A stretch of DNA of 57,271 nt, counting the filler, from Hydrolagus affinis (Eukaryota): NCBI GenBank assembly GCA_012026655.1. It is 4 parts of 4 records of this genome, joined end to end, with 100 filler letters (N's around TTAATTAATTAA, not from the genome) between each part and the next. Parts side by side here need not be neighbours in the genome. Positions count along the whole stretch, not along the records: positions 45,314 to 57,271 come from JAAILG010022689.1; 3 more parts are not named here. The stretch is one strand, 5' to 3'. The number at the start of each line of letters is the position of its first letter. Position 1 is the stretch's first letter. Positions 50,661 through 57,271 of this stretch are shown piece after piece. The notes under the pieces were generated by a model. That model saw only the letters and a list, made by a program, of their open reading frames with translations, made no database searches and had not been told where the DNA came from. The position numbers were made by a program, and so were the translations under genes.

Positions 50661-51587
50661 ATGACAAAGTATATACACGTGGCAGCCGCCATCATTACCT
50701 TCGCAGGTAATCCACAAGCTTCTTCCATATATATACAATCCCTATACATGTTCTCCAAAGACATGTATTGCATGGAATAACCAATACACTATAGCTCTTC
50801 TGGATACGTGCTATCCCGTAGCCAGTAAATAGGACACTCGCCACGCAAGCGGGAAGATCGTAGTACAATTCCCGGTGGGATAGGGCGAAACCGCAAGTGT
50901 CCTTGTTCCACAAACTCACATATACAACTGCTTACCGATGAGTGCGTAGGTATCCGATTCATCTAGTCGATTGGTCACTTTACTACCATGTAAATCCCTT
51001 AAAATATCCAGCTACAAATGAAAGTAAAGTCAATTCACTTTACAGTATATACTGTGAAACGCATGGAGACGTCTCCAACACGTGAAAAGCGCTATATCAC
51101 AACAAGGATTATTATTAATATTCCATGACCGTTTGTGCTTCAATGATTCACTCAACTGCCTGCCCTATTGAATGTGAAGCGCTTGGAGATGGCACATCAC
51201 TCTATACGATGCTATATCAAACAAAAGTATGTTTCTGTTATTATTGCATTAAACGCTGATGTGTTTGTGTTTCCCAGGATATTGTAGAGGAGACTCGGTG
51301 ACACAGCTCCCAGCGACTGTGACAGTGAATGAAAGGGAGAGTGTGTATCTGCAGTGTAATTATACAGCTACAAGCGGCACCGATCCCTATCTGTTCTGGT
51401 ACCGTCAATATCCCAACAATCCACCAGAATATACCCTCAGCGCATCAACCAGGAACGGGCAGAAATACGCAGACTTTACTGAAGAACGTTTCTCAACGAC
51501 AGTGGATGAAGCGGCGAGAACCGTACCATTAAATATATCCCAAGTGAGAGTCACAGACTCGGCGGTGTATTACTGTGCACTGAGCCC
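50661..51587 (+). CDS. TRAV: TCR V family 2 segment with intact ORF but defective RSS heptamer (leader 50661-50706, V exon 51278-51587)
   Basis: Leader MTKYIHVAAAIITFA. V exon has LQCNY, FWYRQ and DSAVYYCALSP, and is open. Confidence 0.85.
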
Positions 51588-51626
51588 CAAAGAGACACAG
51601 ATCAGCGTTTCCGCCCTACAAAAACT
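51588..51626 (+). other. Defective 23-RSS
   Basis: CAAAGAG (CAC changed to CAA) + 23 bp + ACAAAAACT. Confidence 0.85.
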
Positions 51627-52339
51627 ATCATACCGTGTCTTCTAGCTCAGAAGCTAGACCAGTCGCCTCGCAAGCAATAGCATTGGGTTCGACTATCTGC
51701 AGCGCGAAACTTTGGATACGTTTTCTTTCTTACTCTGTGTATACCTCTGTTTAGACAGGAGTCAGTAGCAACACGCTTCATGGTAGCTGGTGAATGAATT
51801 CATCACAGTAGATACAATTCCTTAACAATAACTTTATTATTAATAATGAATTACTAACTGAATTCAAAGAAACACAGATGTGTGTAGTCAATGTAGCTTG
51901 TATTTATGCAACATTTACATGTTGTTGAGATATAAAAGTGGGTCGGATATATTGGTATTACAATAAATATAAGATAATATCAAGTTACAATTTTGTATTG
52001 AAGAATGAAGATGAGCGCGTTTGATGAAGAAATAAGTCGTTATTATAGTGATATTTCCATCTGATCAATTGCTTTCGATTAATATGTCTCAAAGACTATA
52101 CTATAAAGTGAATTGACTGTGTATTTTGTGGGTGTGTATACTCAGATTCAAATGTACACGTTTAAGCCGTGAATCTGATAGGAGCAGTCCCACACGCCCA
52201 CAGCAGCTAGAGGGCCGAGATAGTGACGCACATATAAGAGACAACATCACAAAGGATTCTCAGCTACATCTATGGCCTCAGTGTCAGACGGTGTCAAGAG
52301 CAGCAGAGACATAAACGCTGTTTGTGGTGTCTGAATGTA

Positions 52340-53495
52340 ATGCAGTTGGGATATTTGCTCTACGCATCCATCGCATTCTCTCTATATGGGTGGGTAGTTA
52401 ATCTAGATATTATTACCGACAGCCAATACAGTCAATGCTAGTACCACGGGTCATCTCTAAACAGAGTCTCCTTTAACACCGTTTACTGTAACTTTGCTGT
52501 GCACAATTGGCTGTCAAGCTTCACGCACAAATACGCAGTGAACCAACTTTACAGTATATTCTGTGAAGCGCTTATTGACGTCTAGAAGTCCTGGAATGCG
52601 CTATACCAAAATCAAAAATGATTATTATGATTTCTCCATTTGTAGGACGATGCAATTTAATTTTCCAATGACGGACAAATTCTTACATACTTGTGGCCTC
52701 TTGTGTTACCTCGCGGCACAAAACATTCCCGTGGGTGGAGACATTCTCAAAGCGTCTCAAAGCGTTTCATTGAAAATAGTAATAATCCTTTTATTTTATA
52801 GTGAGGTTTTCACAACTTATCGACGTCTCAAAGAGCTTCACAGAATGCACTGTACAGTAAATTCACTGTATGTTTTTGGGCGAAACGCGGCAGCAGTTTG
52901 CGCACAGCAGCGTCCCCACAAACAGTCGTGGAATAAAAATGACCAATTTATATTTGTGTCTAATTTTAGAGGAATTTTTATTCGGCGCGTGTGTGTAGTA
53001 AGGAAACTTGCGAGGATTTCGCCCTGAGCTGCCTGTACTTGAACACAGGTCTCTCGCTTGTAAGGCTTGTGCTATAACCATTGTGCCACGGGAGCTCCAT
53101 ATCCTGTAAATCGCATGAAAGCGGCATACAATAGCGTTGTTGTTTTTTTTAACTTAGTATTAATGGTTTCAACGCTGAATAGTACAATTGATTCCTGTAG
53201 GAATCAGTGATGGAGATTCGGTGAGGCAGAGCCCGAAAGCAGCCTGGCGTTTGGAAGGCGCCTCACTGACTATCAGCTGTAATGTCTCCACGACTACTGA
53301 TAGCATCTCAGTGCTGGTGTACCGCCAGCGCAGCAGTGAAGGGCCCGCTTTCCTCATCCGAAGGCATTCCTACGGGAAGGATATCAGTCAGGAACGCTTC
53401 TCTGCCCTGCTGGATTCGTCTAAGAAACATTTCCAGTTCAAGATCGACAACCTCCAGCTCAGCGACACCGCTGCCTATGATTGTGCACTGAGGCC
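52340..53495 (+). pseudogene. TCR V family 5 segment, probably defective (leader about 52340-52389, V exon 53201-53495)
   Basis: V exon is open, but conserved W41 is V (VLVYRQ) and YYC is YDC. The leader MQLGYLLYASIAFSLY has its GT one base off for a phase-1 splice. Confidence 0.7.
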
Positions 53496-53533
53496 CACAG
53501 TGAAGGCATCCCCGAGACAACCGTACAAAAAGC
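53496..53533 (+). other. RSS with 22-bp spacer
   Basis: CACAGTG + 22 bp + ACAAAAAGC. Confidence 0.85.
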
Positions 53534-55648
53534 CTTGTGGCATTATGTGCCATATTGGTTAGAGCAATCAAATCTAAAGGGGCAGCAACTGCGTTCAATT
53601 CCTATTGAGGGAGAAACTCGCTAAGCTGCATAGAAGGCACTATGTAATTACAAGTGTTTGTGGTTAGGCAAGTTTCCTTACTCCACACATCCCTGATTAC
53701 CTTGCTAAGTGTGAACCCGCATCTTGTGCGATTATAATAAGATACTGTAGGTCAAGGCAATACAGCACCTTGAGACATCACTGTGATTAGCGCTGTATCA
53801 ATGTAATATAAATGTATATCCATGTAAATATTATGTTTCTATAATGTAAATTCTTAATATCAATGATACGAAATGTAACATTACCAAGTACAAGATAAGT
53901 ACAAGGAATTAACATTAAATTGGCTGTAACAAGTATAAGTAGAGACACGTCGCAATGTGGTTGGAGTCGAATTTCCCAGTGAAGCACAGGCAATATGAGA
54001 AACGAGCAGGGAAATGAGAATAATGCGTAAATATTCAACGAATAGGATAGGAACAGGAAAGATTCAATCGAAATCAATTTGCAATCATTTGTCTCTGCAG
54101 TACACGTGTTACAGCTGTAATCAACGAACAGATGGCGATGTAAACACACCTATAACATCTGCAGCGACTGACATAACTTCCCACGTTGCTTTCTGTAACA
54201 ACTGACATGGCAGCCACAACAGGTGCTTCCTGTTACAGTTGACACTGTTTCCGTGTTAAACACTATCGCTGGCTCAGCTGAAATGTACAAAGGTTTTGTC
54301 TAAAGCCTGATTAACGCATTCGATTGATCAAGGAGCAATTTTTCTATGATTGTTTCTATATTGTTGTGCTTCGCACAAACAAGCATCTGCCCTTCAGTGG
54401 ATATTATTGGTTTGATCAAGGTGTTAGATATCGATAACAAAAATCTGTTTTTTTTTTGGTTTAATTCTGGAAAACGTTTAATACTGACTTACTTTATCTA
54501 ATTTTAGAAATCATAGATAACAGCTTATGTCCTTGGATGCATTTCCAACGATGGAACGGTACAGCTCCAGTAATAACACTGGTAACGATAACTGCCTTTG
54601 CTCTAGCAGCTTTCGCTTTTGAAAAAGATAGTGAAGCCTTGAATGTACCAAGTAAATATTTACTGCTTTAGACTGGGCTGCGCAGTTCAAGCATTCAACA
54701 ATAACACATTTGAATGCATTCGCAAAACAATAGTAATCCACGTATATGATGTAGTACATTTTCAAATCTTCTACACGTCTAAAAGCTCTTCACTTTATAA
54801 AATGAAAGGAACATTTATTATTATTGTTGCTAGCAGACATAATCATCAAAGTTCATTTTAGTTCGTCTACCACGGACTTCATTCTAAAGCGGCGTAACTG
54901 CGCACTTTGAATGATATACTTGATTCTGGATTGATGCACTGGGTTTAAACTCCAGTGCAGGCCTGGGGGATATCTAGAATGTCAGAGAATCTGTCCTCCT
55001 GTTGAACCATCAAACAGCGGTCCAGTCGGTTTGTAACAAAGGTCGTTGAAGATACCATGTCTCTGCTCGAGCAAGATCAAGGGTTTCCCTGGTGACTGGA
55101 CAGACATTCCATCAGCTCAATTGTTTGTTTACTTCACAGATGATTGAGTGAAAATAGTTTTAAAAGAATTGGCTGCTGTCGTGTCAAACACACAATCTCT
55201 GCCCTCGAGAGAAAAACCTGTGTGGAACTGTGAGAATCGTCCATGAATTTACTTGATAAGGATGTATGCAAGCTATTTGTAAATCAAACTAACTCATTGA
55301 AACCTATAATAATATGAATAACAGTAATAGCTACATGTGGTTGCATTAGAAGTAGCACAAGATTACGTCATTCAGATGATACATGTGGCTTGAAAGACTA
55401 TATTGAAATATCCAGGAACTTCGTATCTTGTGGGCTGAACGATCGCTGTTAGCAGTCGGTTGGGGAATGAATGCCACACCAGCAAACATACAGGAAATGA
55501 GACGTCAGTGGAGGCGTCACCGTTAATATAGTTATAACCTACCCAGTTAGCGGCACTCGGCAAACATTTATGAACGTTTGTGAGCAGTTAGCTGGTGTCT
55601 CCTTGCGTTTCACCTAGAGGTTTTGTCACGAATCGTCGAGTATTGAGA

Positions 55649-56103
55649 ATGAAACCACGTAAAAAAGCAACGTGTATTATTTTTAATTTCATGCTATCGC
55701 TCTTCTGTAAGTAGAGTGAGTTTGGATGAAAACATTCTTGTTACCCGAGTAACTAATGACAAGTTTATTTGCAGTTATTTTCCGTATTTCTTTCCAAGAA
55801 ATATCATTTCTATTCCCCAGGTGCCTTGTCTGATAATGAAGTATCACAGAGTCCTCAGGCACTGACAGAGAATCAAAATCGAAATGTATCTATAGAGTGC
55901 AGAACCACTATAGAGAACCCTTACTTCCAATGGTACAAACGGTATGGAAACAGCTCCATCCATTTACTGGTGAAGGGAACCAGAGAGATCAAGGTGAAGG
56001 AGAGGATAAGTGCTTTGGCTGAATCAAAAGAGAAGAACAGCACACTGACAATCAGAGACGTGCGAGTGACAGACACCGCTACTTACTTCTGTGCAGCAGA
56101 GAG
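55649..56103 (+). CDS. TRAV: TCR alpha/delta-type V segment, family 1, apparently functional (leader 55649-55706, V exon 55821-56103)
   Basis: Leader MKPRKKATCIIFNFMLSLF followed by GTAAG. V exon has IECR, QWYK and DTATYFCAAES, and is open. Confidence 0.9.
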
Positions 56104-56142
56104 CACAGTGCTGCGTGTCTAAGAGGAGCCTGTACAAAAACA
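56104..56142 (+). other. 23-RSS
   Basis: CACAGTG + 23 bp + ACAAAAACA. Confidence 0.93.
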
Positions 56143-57271
56143 TGCTGCTGTATGTTACTGTAGCTCACTGGATATACCACTCGCCTTTTCGATCCTTGAG
56201 CGTTTGTGGAACACTGCTGTGTACACTGTACAACTAGTAAAGCGTTTTGTAATGTCTCATAGACTTCATAAGGTGTTGTGTCAAATTCAAGTAGTATTAT
56301 TCTTATTAAACCTTCTCTGCCGAGCAGTAAGTTGGATTCCGGGTGACGGTCATTTGGTGGAGAGCCTTCCAGCGTGTAATAATCCATGAAACAAAAATTG
56401 TTGCCTCGATCCATCATTTTTTGTGAGACAATGCTGTGTGTATTTCTCTGCCACAACATACACGAATGCTGCACTTTACAGTATATCATGTATACTGTTT
56501 AGAGAAGTTTCGAAGGACTTGATATGGTGCCTTATCAAAATGAAGGATTATTCCGACACAAAGCTTCATGTAGTATCTCACAAATATTTCGATGGATTTC
56601 CCAGTGTTTCAGACACACGGTTTACAAATCTGTTTGTCTTTATAAGAAGCCGAGTTCAGTGAAATAAAATGCACAGCACATATCTTGCAGGCATGAGAAA
56701 TGAGTTATGCTGGAACAATATGTGTTTATTGCCCAAACTGCTGAAAATCAGAAGCCTGGAGAGAAAACGGGGTAGGAATTAAACTTTGAACCAACTGAGG
56801 CAGAGACATCTGACAAACTGCTGACGCCACGTGGTTCCTCCTCTTTGCCTTTGAAACCCTCTCAATGGCTGGTTTCTCCTCGTTACCCAATCGCCAGCTG
56901 CCACAGAGGGTATGAAGCCAACACACATTAGTCCATTGTCTAGCCCTTTGTACATACTCAGTGGCATCCACTGAATAACTCGGCCTGCCTTGTAACGTCA
57001 CTAATCGCTTCATAGACTACACTGTAAAATGCGGCGACTCGGCGATTTGCAGAAACCAATTAGCCAATTGTGCACAGCAATGTCACATAAACAGTGCTGT
57101 ATTCAGTAGCTTATTTTATGAATGATTAGTAACACTGGAACACATCCAGATCAATCAAAAAATAACCGAAATTCTACTGATTTTTGGGCAAACAAAATTG
57201 GGTGGGCAGAGCAAGGAAACGTATCCAAGATTTCGCCCTACAAGAATCTAACACAGACATGTTGCTTGTGG

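Noticed and set aside
56726-57013. Minus-strand ORF conserved with 1189-1517
   Set aside because: The similarity comes from the segmental duplication. The paralogous copy has a stop and there is no recognisable domain.

Overview
Cartilaginous-fish immune-receptor DNA, probably from a holocephalan such as elephant shark (inferred from the repeat families, a shark-type GPCR family and a shark-like IgM CH1; not verified). Three identical 100-nt artificial spacers (44 N + TTAATTAATTAA + 44 N) divide the window into four blocks, so block adjacency is not proven. Block A (1-14732) and block D (45314-57271) are TCR alpha/delta-type V arrays: nine leader+V segments, each followed by a 22/23-bp-spacer RSS, plus one orphan leader. 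Four look functional, one has an intact ORF but a damaged heptamer, and four are defective. No TCR D, J or C segment is seen. Block B (14833-27143) holds the most interesting signal: (i) three cytoplasmic exons forming a SIRP-alpha-like tail with tandem tyrosine motifs (PTYASL, TEYAEV, LTYAAL, plus an out-of-frame QYAEL), and (ii) 8.5 kb downstream, a non-rearranging leader-VJ-C1 gene with a germline-fused J-like G strand and no RSS, cut off by a gap. Together they suggest a tandem cluster of SIRP-like VJ-C1 receptors. Block C (27244-45213) holds an isolated IgM CH1-like pseudo-exon, two copies of a frameshifted Sushi/CCP half-exon of the MASP/C1r/C1s type, and two GPR139-like GPCR pseudogenes. 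The remainder is dense in L2- and CR1-type LINEs, Penelope-like fragments, tRNA-derived SINEs and microsatellites. All calls were made by eye, with no database searches.
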